Shown: positions 35,492 to 44,757, counted from the stretch's first letter. The stretch is DNA of 64,000 nt from Candidatus Woesearchaeota archaeon (GCA_020637435.1 JACJVW010000001.1:699009-763008); one strand, 5' to 3'. Notes: generated from the sequence alone by a model not told the origin. Program-made: numbers and translations.

Positions 35492-36322
35492 TGCTCGTCC
35501 TATCGATGCAGTCTGTGGTGTCGTGAACATCATAGTCTGTGCGATTCCTGATTTGGGGATAAGGGATATGGTCGCAGTCTCTTCTTCACCCATATTGTAA
35601 GGCATCTCAAACATTATATTGATGATATCTCCTTTGTTGAACTTTCCTTCGACTGCTCGCGGATTCGACTGTTTGAGATACTCAGTGACGTAGTATCCTC
35701 CTTTCTGGATCATCTCATATTCCACGTTGGTGACCGTATTGCCGCTGCAGGTACCTGACACCGATGTGATGTAGCTGTTGATGCTTAACTGATCGATAAA
35801 AGTTCCTGCGGAGCAGTTTCCAAGGACGATATCCGCATCATTGCTTAAGTCGATTGACACTAGCCCGTTGACATCTGCGCTGATAGTCTCAGAGACATTG
35901 TCTCCATCGATATCCTCGCCTACGGTGCTCGGGACAGGATACGACTCAAACCCTTTAGTATAAAATCCATCAACACTGTGATCATGCGTATGTCCCTGGC
36001 CTCTGTAATTTAGCGATGCAGTTGCCTGGTCAGAAGTGATAGAGATGGTCATATCGGAAAAACCGCAGCCCTCACAATCCACAAGGAGTTTCATGGTCAT
36101 GCTGACGTTGCGTAATGTGTTATCTTCTTGATACATGGAATATATATCGACCAGTTGCAGTGATCCGGTGACAAATTGTTCAGCTTTCTGTTCATTCTTG
36201 AACGCCTCCTGTTCAAGACTGTTCGCAGACCAGATCATAAGAGCTGCGATCGCGCCAGCTATGACGATGAACGCTATCATGATCAGCATCGTGCTGATAC
36301 CCATCTCTCCACGCTTAGACAT
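35474..36322 (-). CDS. Archaellin (archaeal flagellin) family protein
   Basis: MSKRG|EMGISTMLIMIAFIVIAGAIAALMIWSANSLEQEAFKNEQKAEQFVTGSLQLVDI follows the archaellin N-terminal pattern. Confidence 0.65.
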   Translation of the reverse strand: MSKRGEMGISTMLIMIAFIVIAGAIAALMIWSANSLEQEAFKNEQKAEQFVTGSLQLVDIYSMYQEDNTLRNVSMTMKLLVDCEGCGFSDMTISITSDQATASLNYRGQGHTHDHSVDGFYTKGFESYPVPSTVGEDIDGDNVSETISADVNGLVSIDLSNDADIVLGNCSAGTFIDQLSINSYITSVSGTCSGNTVTNVEYEMIQKGGYYVTEYLKQSNPRAVEGKFNKGDIINIMFEMPYNMGEEETATISLIPKSGIAQTMMFTTPQTASIGRASLSHY

Positions 36323-36511
36323 ACATCCATTTTACGGATTCGCACTATATATAGTTTGCTGTTAGAGATAGTTATACGATATCAAGAGTTATGTACTTGT
36401 TTACGTCTTTTCAAATATGCTCAAAGGGGTAAGTTTTAGGACAGGTAGGATGCTGAGTATTCGAAAAAGGGGTATTTGTAGCACGATCGTTGTGTTGGAT
36501 TTGTGTGGAGG

Positions 36512-36522
36512 TAAGAAAAAAG
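36512..36522 (-). terminator. Oligo-T tract after 5S rRNA
   Basis: The minus strand reads CACTTTTTTCTTAC immediately 3' of helix I. Confidence 0.4.
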
Positions 36523-36636
36523 TGAACAGCTTTCCTGGGTTCCCGTACTTCAGTACAGTACAACCAGAAACGTGGGTCAGCTTGACTGCTGTGTTCGAAA
36601 TGGGAACAGGTAGACCTGACCGCTTTGGCCGTTCAA
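36523..36636 (-). rRNA. 5S ribosomal RNA (stand-alone)
   Basis: Minus strand reads TTGAACGGCCAAAGCGGTCAGGTCTACCTGTTCCCATTTCGAACACAGCAGTCAAGCTGACCCACG...GTACTGTACTGAAGTACGGGAACCCAGGAAAGCTGTTCA. Helix I GAACGGC/GCTGTTC, helix II GGTCAG/CTGACC, loop C CCCATTTCGAAC. Ends +/-3 nt. Confidence 0.85.
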
Positions 36637-36656
36637 GACCTACGAATCAGGTTTGG

Positions 36657-36663
36657 TTTATAA
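36657..36663 (-). promoter_or_regulatory. TATA box for 5S rRNA
   Basis: Minus-strand TTATAAA centred about 24 nt upstream of the 5S 5' end. Confidence 0.45.
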
Positions 36664-36838
36664 GCTTTTTCCCTCTTGTGATTACAGCTCCTGTCCTAAA
36701 AATATGTAGAATATGATGTCTCTTTGGTCAGATATAGTCATTCCAGACCGCCATAGTACAAAAAAGAGGTATCATGCTAAAACTATTTAAATATCCGTCT
36801 GTCTGTCTCATCCTTATCCAATAAATGAGGTTATATTC

Positions 36839-38146
36839 ATGAAAATCTGTGTAGTCGGAAGCGGATACGTGGGCCTGGTGTCAGGAACATGCTTCGCTGA
36901 CCTTGGAAATGACGTTATATGTGTAGATATCGATCAGAATCGTGTAGATATGCTCAATAGTGGCAAAGTCCCTATCTTCGAACCCGGACTTGACCATCTC
37001 TTCCTCAAGAATAAGGACGAAGGCAGGCTCAGATTCAGCAGTGACATCGCAGAAGGCATCCGGCATGGTGAGGCTATCTTCATCGGTGTCGGAACTCCTG
37101 AGGGAGAAGACCACCGTGCAGACCTCTCTGCGGTGCGAGCTGTCGCCAAAAGCATAGGTGAACATATCAACGGCTACAAAGTAGTCGTCAACAAGAGCAC
37201 AGTTCCCGTCGGCACGGGCGATATGGTTAGGCAGATAGTGCAGGAGAACATGAAAGAGCAGCATGAGTTCGATGTAGTCTCTAATCCTGAATTCCTAAGG
37301 GAAGGTTCAGCTGTCTACGATTTCAAGAATCCTGACCGTGTGATAGTCGGTACAGACTCAGAGCGTGCAAAAGAGGTCATGGAGCGCCTCTACAAGAGCG
37401 TCACCCGAACGACCCAGCCGCTAATGTTCACCGACATAAAAAGTGCTGAGATAATCAAGTACGCATCAAATTCCATGCTTGCGACCCGTATATCTTTCAT
37501 GAACATGCTTGCGTGCCTCTGCGAAAAAGAGGGCGCTGATATCACCCAGGTCTCCAAGGGCATGGGTCTTGACCGGAGGATAGGTCCAAAATTCCTGCAT
37601 GCGGGTATTGGTTATGGTGGCAGCTGTTTCCCAAAAGATGTGCAGGCGCTTACCATGACGCTTGAAGACAAAGGTTGCGATGCAGCGCTAATGCGTGCAG
37701 TTACCGGTGTCAATAAAGCTCAGCGTGACAGGGTTACTCCAACTGTCCGAGAGGCGCTTGGCGGTCTTCAGGATAAAAAGGTCGCTGTCTGGGGCATCGC
37801 ATTTAAGCCGAAGACAGACGATATACGTGAAGCCCCTGCTATTGATATCATAAGGGCTATCGAAGCTGACGGCGGCAAAGTCAATGCGTATGATCCGGAA
37901 GCTCAGACGAATGCCAAACGCCATCTTCCAAATGTGGATTTCTTTGAGACGCCGTATGATGCGCTCGCAGGAGTTGATGCACTCATCATCTGCACTGAAT
38001 GGGACGATTTTCGCAACCTTGACATCCATCGGATGAAATCCTTGATGAACCAGCCTGTGCTGTACGACGGACGTAACATCTACAGCAAGAAAGAGATGAA
38101 AGAGGCAGGTTTCACCTATTTCAGCATAGGCAGGGGTGGTCAGTGA
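36839..38146 (+). CDS. ugd: UDP-glucose 6-dehydrogenase
   Basis: MKICVVGSGYVGLVSGTCFADLGNDVICVDID Rossmann start. Catalytic GGSCFPKD. Confidence 0.85.
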   Translation: MKICVVGSGYVGLVSGTCFADLGNDVICVDIDQNRVDMLNSGKVPIFEPGLDHLFLKNKDEGRLRFSSDIAEGIRHGEAIFIGVGTPEGEDHRADLSAVRAVAKSIGEHINGYKVVVNKSTVPVGTGDMVRQIVQENMKEQHEFDVVSNPEFLREGSAVYDFKNPDRVIVGTDSERAKEVMERLYKSVTRTTQPLMFTDIKSAEIIKYASNSMLATRISFMNMLACLCEKEGADITQVSKGMGLDRRIGPKFLHAGIGYGGSCFPKDVQALTMTLEDKGCDAALMRAVTGVNKAQRDRVTPTVREALGGLQDKKVAVWGIAFKPKTDDIREAPAIDIIRAIEADGGKVNAYDPEAQTNAKRHLPNVDFFETPYDALAGVDALIICTEWDDFRNLDIHRMKSLMNQPVLYDGRNIYSKKEMKEAGFTYFSIGRGGQ

Positions 38147-39144
38147 TGAAGATAATCCTTCCGGTCGCTGGAAAAGGAACACGACTTCGGCCCCACACAT
38201 TCTCAAAACCAAAATCACTGGTCAAAGTAGCGGGTAACACTGTGCTCTACCACATAGTCGATTCTCTGCGAAAGGTAGAGGGCGCAGAGTTTGTGTTCAT
38301 CGTCGACAAAGACAACAAAGTCTACATCGAAGAGTACATCAGACGAAAGTTCGATATGGCTGCTCAGTACTTCATCCAGGAAGAGCGCTTGGGTCCCGCG
38401 CATGCGGTATGGCTTGCCAAACCTGCGATAAATGAGGGGGATGATATGCTTATAGTGTTCAATGACACTATCGCCATCACCGACTATGCAAAACTGACCG
38501 GTCTAAGCGAAGGGTACGACGGTCTGCTCTACGTGCACCAGACCGAGACACCAGAACGCTTCGGAATAGTCGAATTGACAGACAATGAAGTCATCAAGCA
38601 GATTGTAGAGAAGCCCAAAGAATTCATAGGTGATCTAGCCGTCGTTGGCGCATACTACTTCAAAGATGCAATGCGGTTCATGAACGCATGCGACCAGATG
38701 ATAGTGAACAATGAGATGGAGAAAGGCGAATATTACATGAACTTCGCGATCCATAAACTTATCGCAGAAGGGGCTAAACTGAAGTCCCACCCTGTCGAGA
38801 AATGGCTTGATTGTGGAAAGCCAGAGACGCTCCTGGAGACGAATCGTGAGCTGCTTGAACTCCATCATGGCCAGGCGATAGAGAATGACGCTTCTCTTAT
38901 CATCCCTCCTGTCTGCATTCCTGATTCTGCGACGGTCAAGAACTGCCTCATCGGGCCCTATGTCTCGATAGGTGAGAACGCGTTCATAGAGGGCTGCAAG
39001 ATAGAAAATTCCATCATCGATGACAATGCTCACATAGAAGGTATAAATCTTAAAGAGAGCATCATCGGTCAGAATGCCATTGTCAAAGGCAGCGCCAGAA
39101 AACTGAATATAGGCGACAATTCAGAAGTCGATTTCAGAAAATAG
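38146..39144 (+). CDS. Sugar-1-phosphate nucleotidylyltransferase with C-terminal hexapeptide-repeat domain
   Basis: MKIILPVAGKGTRLRPHTFSKPKSLV. LbH-like C-terminus. Start overlaps the ugd stop by 1 nt. Confidence 0.75.
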   Translation: MKIILPVAGKGTRLRPHTFSKPKSLVKVAGNTVLYHIVDSLRKVEGAEFVFIVDKDNKVYIEEYIRRKFDMAAQYFIQEERLGPAHAVWLAKPAINEGDDMLIVFNDTIAITDYAKLTGLSEGYDGLLYVHQTETPERFGIVELTDNEVIKQIVEKPKEFIGDLAVVGAYYFKDAMRFMNACDQMIVNNEMEKGEYYMNFAIHKLIAEGAKLKSHPVEKWLDCGKPETLLETNRELLELHHGQAIENDASLIIPPVCIPDSATVKNCLIGPYVSIGENAFIEGCKIENSIIDDNAHIEGINLKESIIGQNAIVKGSARKLNIGDNSEVDFRK

Positions 39145-39151
39145 TTTTTTT
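39145..39151 (+). terminator. T7 tract directly after stop codon
   Basis: tagTTTTTTTct between convergent genes. Confidence 0.4.
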
Positions 39152-39185
39152 CTACGTTCCCCTATCTTTCTTCCAGAGTATCTGT

Positions 39186-39572
39186 TCAGCTGGTGAACAC
39201 GATAAACCTAAACACGAAGAATTTCAGGATGAATAGGAATAAGGTGACCGCTATGATTGCTGCCATATAAGCCATATGCAATATCTCCACCAGGAGGGTG
39301 ACCATGCCTGCATCAAGTGTGAACATAACCGTAAGTGTCATGCAAAATCTAAGGAAATTTCTTCGTTTATTCTTCCGTTCATTGAATGTGATATATGCGC
39401 TGTAGAAAAAACCGATCATCGTCTGCGTTGAGAGCGCGACGATATAGGAAATGAAATACCATACATCAAAGACTTCGGTCAGTAGATATGTAAGGCCAAG
39501 TTTGACCGTGATGCTGAGCGCTCCGCCAAACGCATATTTAACGAACATGTCGAGGTATCTGCTAAGCTTCAT
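39186..39572 (-). CDS. GtrA-like membrane protein
   Basis: The ATG at 39572 (MKLSRYLDMFVKYAFGGALSITVKLGLTYLL...) overlaps the GT2 stop (ATGA). Four TMs. The longer track ORF extension overlaps GT2 and is rejected. Confidence 0.65.
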   Translation of the reverse strand: MKLSRYLDMFVKYAFGGALSITVKLGLTYLLTEVFDVWYFISYIVALSTQTMIGFFYSAYITFNERKNKRRNFLRFCMTLTVMFTLDAGMVTLLVEILHMAYMAAIIAVTLFLFILKFFVFRFIVFTS

Positions 39573-40438
39573 TGTCTGTGCATATCCGCGAGGAATCCGA
39601 AAAGGATGACCTGCAATCCAGTCACGATAAGTAGCATCATCATGAATAATAGTCCAAGGTGCCCCTGGATTCCTGAAGTAAGGTGCAGATAGACAAAATA
39701 GATTGCGATAAGCCCTCCTAGCCCCATCAAAACGACACCCATCATGCCGAAGAACATCAAAGGGGCGAAATCCCTGTAGATGCGAAAGATATTTACCCAT
39801 GCTTTAAATGCGTAGTCAAAAGGATTGGAAAACAGTCTGCTCGGTCGTGTCTTTCTTGTGGCTATAGGTATCTCGCTGATACGCATATTATTCCGTCCTG
39901 CTCTGATAAGCTGTTCCTGGGTATAAGTAAAATCATTGATAAGCGGGAGTTTAGCAACCTCCTTAGTGAATGCGCGAAATCCTGTCGTCGTATCGGTGAT
40001 CCTTGTCTTGAGGAGCTGTGAGAATACCTTTGCAAAAGCGATGTTACCAAGACGTTTGCTTATCGAGCCGCTGTAAAGGCCTTGCTCAAATCTGCTGCCA
40101 AGGACGATGTCATCGCCCATCTCAATGCGCTCGAGAAGCTGAGGTATGAACGAAGCGGGATACTGGCCGTCCGCGTCAGTGTGCACGATGACATCTGCTT
40201 TCATCGCGAGGCATTCCTTCATCTCTTTCTTAAACGTGTACGCAAGACCCATATTCTTCTTATTGCTGACGACCTTTGCCCCGTGCTTGCTAGCAATAGC
40301 GACAGTCTTGTCATTACTGCCGTCGTCCACTACAAGGATCTTATGGGTGTAATCATGAAGCGCACCGCTGATCTCGTCGATCACTCTACCGATGGTCCTT
40401 TCTTCGTTAAAAGCGGGTATCGCTACGACAACCTTCAT
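39569..40438 (-). CDS. Family 2 glycosyltransferase (dolichyl-phosphate sugar synthase-like) with C-terminal TMs
   Basis: MKVVVAIPAFNEERTIGRVIDEI, VVDDGSNDKT, DADGQYP. TATA-like box about 28 nt upstream of 40438. Confidence 0.75.
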   Translation of the reverse strand: MKVVVAIPAFNEERTIGRVIDEISGALHDYTHKILVVDDGSNDKTVAIASKHGAKVVSNKKNMGLAYTFKKEMKECLAMKADVIVHTDADGQYPASFIPQLLERIEMGDDIVLGSRFEQGLYSGSISKRLGNIAFAKVFSQLLKTRITDTTTGFRAFTKEVAKLPLINDFTYTQEQLIRAGRNNMRISEIPIATRKTRPSRLFSNPFDYAFKAWVNIFRIYRDFAPLMFFGMMGVVLMGLGGLIAIYFVYLHLTSGIQGHLGLLFMMMLLIVTGLQVILFGFLADMHRQ

Positions 40439-40606
40439 GAAGAAGAGGGGTGAAAAACGGGTTATAAATATATAGGTCAAAGCTTGCGAAAAGCCTCATT
40501 GCTAATACAGGTCCTGTTTGAAACGTCCTAGATAGGCAGATGTTATGGTATGGGGCGAGATACTGGTACACAATACTTTTATAGGGGTAGATGCTAACTG
40601 ACCTGC

Positions 40607-42679
40607 ATGAGTGTGTGGTTGTTTTTGTTATTCGGTTTTGGTTTCGGTTTTATCTGTGATCTCATCCTCAAACGATGGGATGCAGGATTCTTGGAGAAAC
40701 TCACAATCCGTTTCGGTATGGGATTGTTGACTTTGCCTATTCTCGGTGTAGTCTTAGCGACACTCCACATTCCTCTGCAGTGGTGGATATTTGCCCTGCT
40801 TGCCTTTGCCACCGCAATTGCTGCCATAATGCTTCGCAAAGACACCTTGATGAAAGATGCGCTTGGGGTAAGTAAAGAGATAAACACGCTCAAGATAAAA
40901 AAATCAACGGTCTATCAGTTGCTTGCTATCGTTCTCTTTATCAGCGCTGCCCAGATGTATATTGGGGGGTCATTTAATTATCCTTGGTTTGAAGATGGCG
41001 ATCCCTATGGCTACGCGATGGTCAGTGAATTCATCGCTGAAGAATGCACGTTCTTTCATGATGAGTATTTTGCGCACTATGTCTATCCCTATACTCAGGG
41101 CTACCAGATATTCATGGGTATGCTCCTGCAGGTCCATGATTCAACGTACTGGGTGATGAAATTCTTCATGAGTTTGCTCTGTGCCCTCTCCTTACTGTTC
41201 TTCTACAGCTTTGTGCATGCATTCACGAACAAACCTGATATCGCATTCTGGTCGACTGCGGTGCTCTGGGCTGTGCCTGCGTGGTTAAGCCACTTCATCT
41301 ATTCCCTCAATTTCAACATGGTCCTGATCCCTGTCTTCCTCTACGCGTTAGTCAGGACAGAAGAAGATAAAAGATGGCAGTACCTTGGCGGGCTTGCGCT
41401 TGCTTCCCTGATAGTGAGCCATTTCTATACCTCTCTCATACTTATCATACTTACCGTAATCTACATAGGTCTTCGTATCCTGGTGATGGCAAAAATAGAG
41501 AAACCCTTGCTAAATACCTTGGGTCTTGGCCTTCTTGCCAGTCTCGTCTACTGGGTGCCTGTATTCGTGACCAAAAGCCATCTCTTTGAGGAAGGCCATG
41601 AGCTGGGTGGTGTGTACGTATTCTATCCTCTCATCAAGCACCTCCTGGGCATAGGGGGAATAGTGGCCGCGATCTTTTTTGCAGCCCTGATCTTTTTGTA
41701 CATCGCCAAAGTCAATGACAACCTGCGACTTAGATTCCTGGAAAAAAAATATCTTGCACCGGTGATTGTCGCGGGCACTACCCTGGCATTCCTTGCATTG
41801 CTTATCCTTCCTGCAGAAAAGATCATGTACTCTGGCGGAAGCGCAAGCCGTTCGTACACTTGGGGGGATTTCTTCATCGCTTCACCGACCAATATGATAA
41901 ACAATCCTGTCGGAATAGGTCTTGTAGCTATGACTCTCTGTTGCATAGGGCTTATCCTGTTATTACTCAATTACAGGAAACTCTTTGAAGAAAAGAACTT
42001 CTTCCTCTTGGTATCGCTGATGTGGTTGGTTTTCACATTTCTTGGTGTCAAGGGCTACGACCTTTCTATCGGTTTTGTCCCGTTTCGTATGTGGACCTTT
42101 TTCGCTATCCCCGTAGCCCTCGTTGCGGGCTACTTCATCCATGAGCTCATCAAGCTATCTCAGGTACCAAAAGAGATGCCTCTCAAAGTAGGTGCATTCA
42201 TCGTGCTCTTTGCGCTCGTCGGCTACGGCCTCTACGCAACATCCTTCTCTCAGAAGTATTATCACAACACAGTACCTTGGCCTGAGCACCAGGTGATGCA
42301 TCCTGATTCTCAGCCGCTGTACATCTGGATGAGGGATAATCTTCCTTCGGGTACGTTTGTCCTTCCCTACTGCATCTATCCGATGACCTCTTTTGGCTAC
42401 GATATGAAAGTGCCCATGTGGAAATATCCTGAGCTCGGTGAGCATATGGGGGGGAGTGAGGAGCCCTACTACAATGCCTTGATTAAAGGCTCTGCTGAAG
42501 ATGCGTATCTTTTCCTCAAGGAACGTGAGGTCGAATACACTATTCTTGGGGCTAGTTGCATTGCTAAAGCAAAGCGTGACCCGCAGTTGATGAATACTGT
42601 GCTGCAGGACCTGTTCAATCATACCGGGTTCCAGTTAGTACACGCTACCAACTCTGAATTTTTATTTAGGGTGGTATAG
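40607..42679 (+). CDS. Large polytopic membrane protein, probable GT-C-type glycosyltransferase (ArnT/PMT-like)
   Basis: 690 aa with more than 12 predicted TMs and a soluble C-terminal domain. Glycan-gene neighbourhood. The family call is by architecture only. Confidence 0.4.
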   Translation: MSVWLFLLFGFGFGFICDLILKRWDAGFLEKLTIRFGMGLLTLPILGVVLATLHIPLQWWIFALLAFATAIAAIMLRKDTLMKDALGVSKEINTLKIKKSTVYQLLAIVLFISAAQMYIGGSFNYPWFEDGDPYGYAMVSEFIAEECTFFHDEYFAHYVYPYTQGYQIFMGMLLQVHDSTYWVMKFFMSLLCALSLLFFYSFVHAFTNKPDIAFWSTAVLWAVPAWLSHFIYSLNFNMVLIPVFLYALVRTEEDKRWQYLGGLALASLIVSHFYTSLILIILTVIYIGLRILVMAKIEKPLLNTLGLGLLASLVYWVPVFVTKSHLFEEGHELGGVYVFYPLIKHLLGIGGIVAAIFFAALIFLYIAKVNDNLRLRFLEKKYLAPVIVAGTTLAFLALLILPAEKIMYSGGSASRSYTWGDFFIASPTNMINNPVGIGLVAMTLCCIGLILLLLNYRKLFEEKNFFLLVSLMWLVFTFLGVKGYDLSIGFVPFRMWTFFAIPVALVAGYFIHELIKLSQVPKEMPLKVGAFIVLFALVGYGLYATSFSQKYYHNTVPWPEHQVMHPDSQPLYIWMRDNLPSGTFVLPYCIYPMTSFGYDMKVPMWKYPELGEHMGGSEEPYYNALIKGSAEDAYLFLKEREVEYTILGASCIAKAKRDPQLMNTVLQDLFNHTGFQLVHATNSEFLFRVV

Positions 42680-42774
42680 CCGCCACCAGTATACAAAATA
42701 GTAACCTTTAAATACGAGCGAAAGCATTTCTAGCCTAACGGCGACAAGCCGGATGCAAAATGAGGTGAAAATCA

Positions 42775-43218
42775 ATGCAAAAGAAAGGACAAGCAGCTAT
42801 GGAGTTCCTTATGACGTACGGCTGGGCTATTCTGGTCGTTCTTGCAGCTATTGCAGCTCTCGCTTACTTCGGAGTTCTAAATCCCGACAGATTCCTACCA
42901 GAGAAATGCACACTGCCAAGTGGAATTGCATGCTTAGACGTAGAAGGTTCAACTTCATCGATAACTATGAGTATTCAGAACGCTCAGGGAATCGATATGG
43001 CAAACATCAATCTCTCTTTAGTTGACACGACCGCAAGTACAGAAGTTCAGTGCACAGGATCAACATCACTATCCAACGGTGCAAAGGCAGTCTACACTTG
43101 TAGTGGTTCGTCAAACTTCAGTACTGGAAAGCTGAACAACCAGGTTCGTATCATCTACACGAACTCTCAGACAGCTCTCAACCACACAAAGACTGGAGAA
43201 TTGATTCTGAAGATCTAA
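42775..43218 (+). CDS. Archaeal type IV pilin (class III signal peptide)
   Basis: MQKKG|QAAMEFLMTYGWAILVVLAAIAALAYFGV is a classic archaeal pilin N-terminus. GAGGTGA SD. T-rich terminator after the stop. Confidence 0.8.
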   Translation: MQKKGQAAMEFLMTYGWAILVVLAAIAALAYFGVLNPDRFLPEKCTLPSGIACLDVEGSTSSITMSIQNAQGIDMANINLSLVDTTASTEVQCTGSTSLSNGAKAVYTCSGSSNFSTGKLNNQVRIIYTNSQTALNHTKTGELILKI

Positions 43219-43238
43219 GGTCTTCAATTTTTTATTTT

Positions 43239-43661
43239 TCAAAATTTTATCGGCACTATTTCTTCATACAGAAAGACGATGCGTTCTCCTATGTGCAGCA
43301 TAGGCAGGACGGATACCGGTTTAGGACTGAATCTGCCCGGGATAAATTGGCCCCTCACCCATGCAAGATCATCGCTGATGACAGAAATAGGGTGATAATC
43401 TTTTTTGAATCCTTCGTAGAAACCACGCAACTCTCCTTCTTCCATCTGCTCAAGGATGCATTCCAGATGGAGCATGCGGTGCTCAAAGAGGGATTTGCCA
43501 AATGCCCTGTTCTTCTGAGGGTCTACTGAGCCGATATACACTTCATATTGTGGATAGGGGTACGCATCCATCTTGTTGGCGCTTCGTCTCCATAATCCTG
43601 ACTCATAGTCATGCAGATATAATGACCCACAACGGGTGATGAAGGCCTGTATAAAATCCAT
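43239..43661 (-). CDS. Hypothetical protein
   Basis: 140-aa ORF. On the minus strand, TTTATAAAT lies about 25 nt upstream of the ATG. No recognisable motifs. Confidence 0.45.
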   Translation of the reverse strand: MDFIQAFITRCGSLYLHDYESGLWRRSANKMDAYPYPQYEVYIGSVDPQKNRAFGKSLFEHRMLHLECILEQMEEGELRGFYEGFKKDYHPISVISDDLAWVRGQFIPGRFSPKPVSVLPMLHIGERIVFLYEEIVPIKF

Positions 43662-43870
43662 GGGGTCAGGAATCTTCTCCTATTTATAAATGCCCTCTCA
43701 ACCATCAAAATCAAAGGGATTAACCCTCTCTGCGCCCTATTCTGTATTCTTTTCATTTTTCGGATAAATAATGTCAAAAACATGTCACATTTGTCTCCCT
43801 TAACTGAAGAATAAGTCAGGATAGCGTCTGAAACATGTCTCAACAAAGTCTCAATTAACCTCCTTCCATC

Positions 43871-43918
43871 TCCACAGGAAATAAGGGGGTGCTCATTTTC
43901 CACAGGAAATAAGGGGGT
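43871..43918. repeat. Direct repeat CCACAGGAAATAAGGGGGT x2
   Basis: Copies at 43872-43890 and 43900-43918, separated by gctcatttt. Confidence 0.8.
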
Positions 43919-43992
43919 TCAGCCGCCTATGGTCAACCTCTCTCCTTTTAGATTGTCTCAATAGGTCTCATCTTGTCCTGAGACTCAGTAAA

Positions 43993-44002
43993 TTTTATAT
44001 AT
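43993..44002 (+). promoter_or_regulatory. TATA box for 44024 gene
   Basis: ttttatatat centred about 27 nt before the ATG at 44024. Confidence 0.45.
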
Positions 44003-44023
44003 CTCCCCACGTAGATACTTTGC

Positions 44024-44410
44024 ATGGACGAAGACATGAAGTTGACGCTCGAACTGCTCCGCTCGACAATAAAGCAGAACGAACTTATGCTATCTCACAT
44101 TCTCGAAGAGAATAAGCGGCTTCGTGAAGAGCTTTCCCAGGTTCGTGCTGCTCCTGAGAATCGCCTCGAGCAAGAGATGCTTAGCAGGCTTCGCAAGCGC
44201 AAAGGCTCAGTCATCCGCAACCGTATACTGGATACAGTGCAGAACAAGGAGCTCAGTCTTGCCGAACTCAAAGGTTTCATTGTTGATGAGCAGCAGTATT
44301 GTTCAAAAGCTTCATTCTACAGGTATATCGACAAGCTTGTCGCCGAAGGGACGATCCAGCTGATAGGGGACCGGCTCCACGCAGCGCAGGTGCACGATGC
44401 TTTACAATAA
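44024..44410 (+). CDS. Small coiled-coil plus winged-HTH protein
   Basis: N-terminal LELLRSTIKQNELMLSHILEENKRLREELSQ. C-terminal RNRILDTVQNKELSLAELKGFIVDEQQYCSKASFYRYIDKLVAEGTI. Confidence 0.6.
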   Translation: MDEDMKLTLELLRSTIKQNELMLSHILEENKRLREELSQVRAAPENRLEQEMLSRLRKRKGSVIRNRILDTVQNKELSLAELKGFIVDEQQYCSKASFYRYIDKLVAEGTIQLIGDRLHAAQVHDALQ

Positions 44411-44744
44411 GTCAAAAGATATTGTCCTCTCTAAAGACCTAAGAGTTTGTACCTCTTTATGGTCCAAGGCCACTGGACTCATGTTCGCCAGAGCACCGAG
44501 AACCCTTGTGTTCGTCATGCCTTCACCACAGATAGTGCCTTTGCACATGTTCTTTGTGCATTTCCCTATAGATGTGCTTTTTCTCGATGATAAAAAAAAA
44601 GTGGTGGAGATCAAATATGATTTCAGACCCTACACCATCTACACTCCAAAAAACAGGGCTAAGTACATTGTAGAGATTCCTCAAGGTACTGCAGACAGCT
44701 GCCAAGTCGGAGACACACTCGAACTTGGCGAGAAGAGCATTTAA
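44397..44744 (+). CDS. DUF192 family protein
   Basis: ATGLMFAR..., PIDVLFLDDKKKVVEI and AKYIVEIPQG fit the DUF192 pattern. Confidence 0.65.
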   Translation: MLYNKSKDIVLSKDLRVCTSLWSKATGLMFARAPRTLVFVMPSPQIVPLHMFFVHFPIDVLFLDDKKKVVEIKYDFRPYTIYTPKNRAKYIVEIPQGTADSCQVGDTLELGEKSI

Positions 44745-44757
44745 ATAAACTGTCCGC

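Noticed and set aside
36417-36716. 99-aa + strand ORF
   Set aside because: It overlaps the minus-strand 5S rRNA, which folds convincingly.
37688-38218. 176-aa antisense ORF opposite the ugd 3' end
   Set aside because: It lies inside a well-supported ugd CDS and has no motifs.
39573-39800. N-terminal extension of the GtrA-like ORF (track ORF 39186-39800)
   Set aside because: The extension overlaps the GT2 gene's C-terminal TM region in another frame. The ATG at 39572 gives a typical GtrA-size protein with ATGA coupling.
43523-43903. 126-aa minus-strand ORF overlapping 43239-43661 and the direct-repeat region
   Set aside because: It overlaps a neighbouring ORF that has a better promoter context. 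Its 5' part is made of the intergenic direct repeats. I cannot fully exclude it.
44591-44599. A9 homopolymer inside the DUF192 gene as a possible phase-variation tract
   Set aside because: It encodes an in-frame KKK within a conserved-looking region. It is a single tract with no evidence of slippage.
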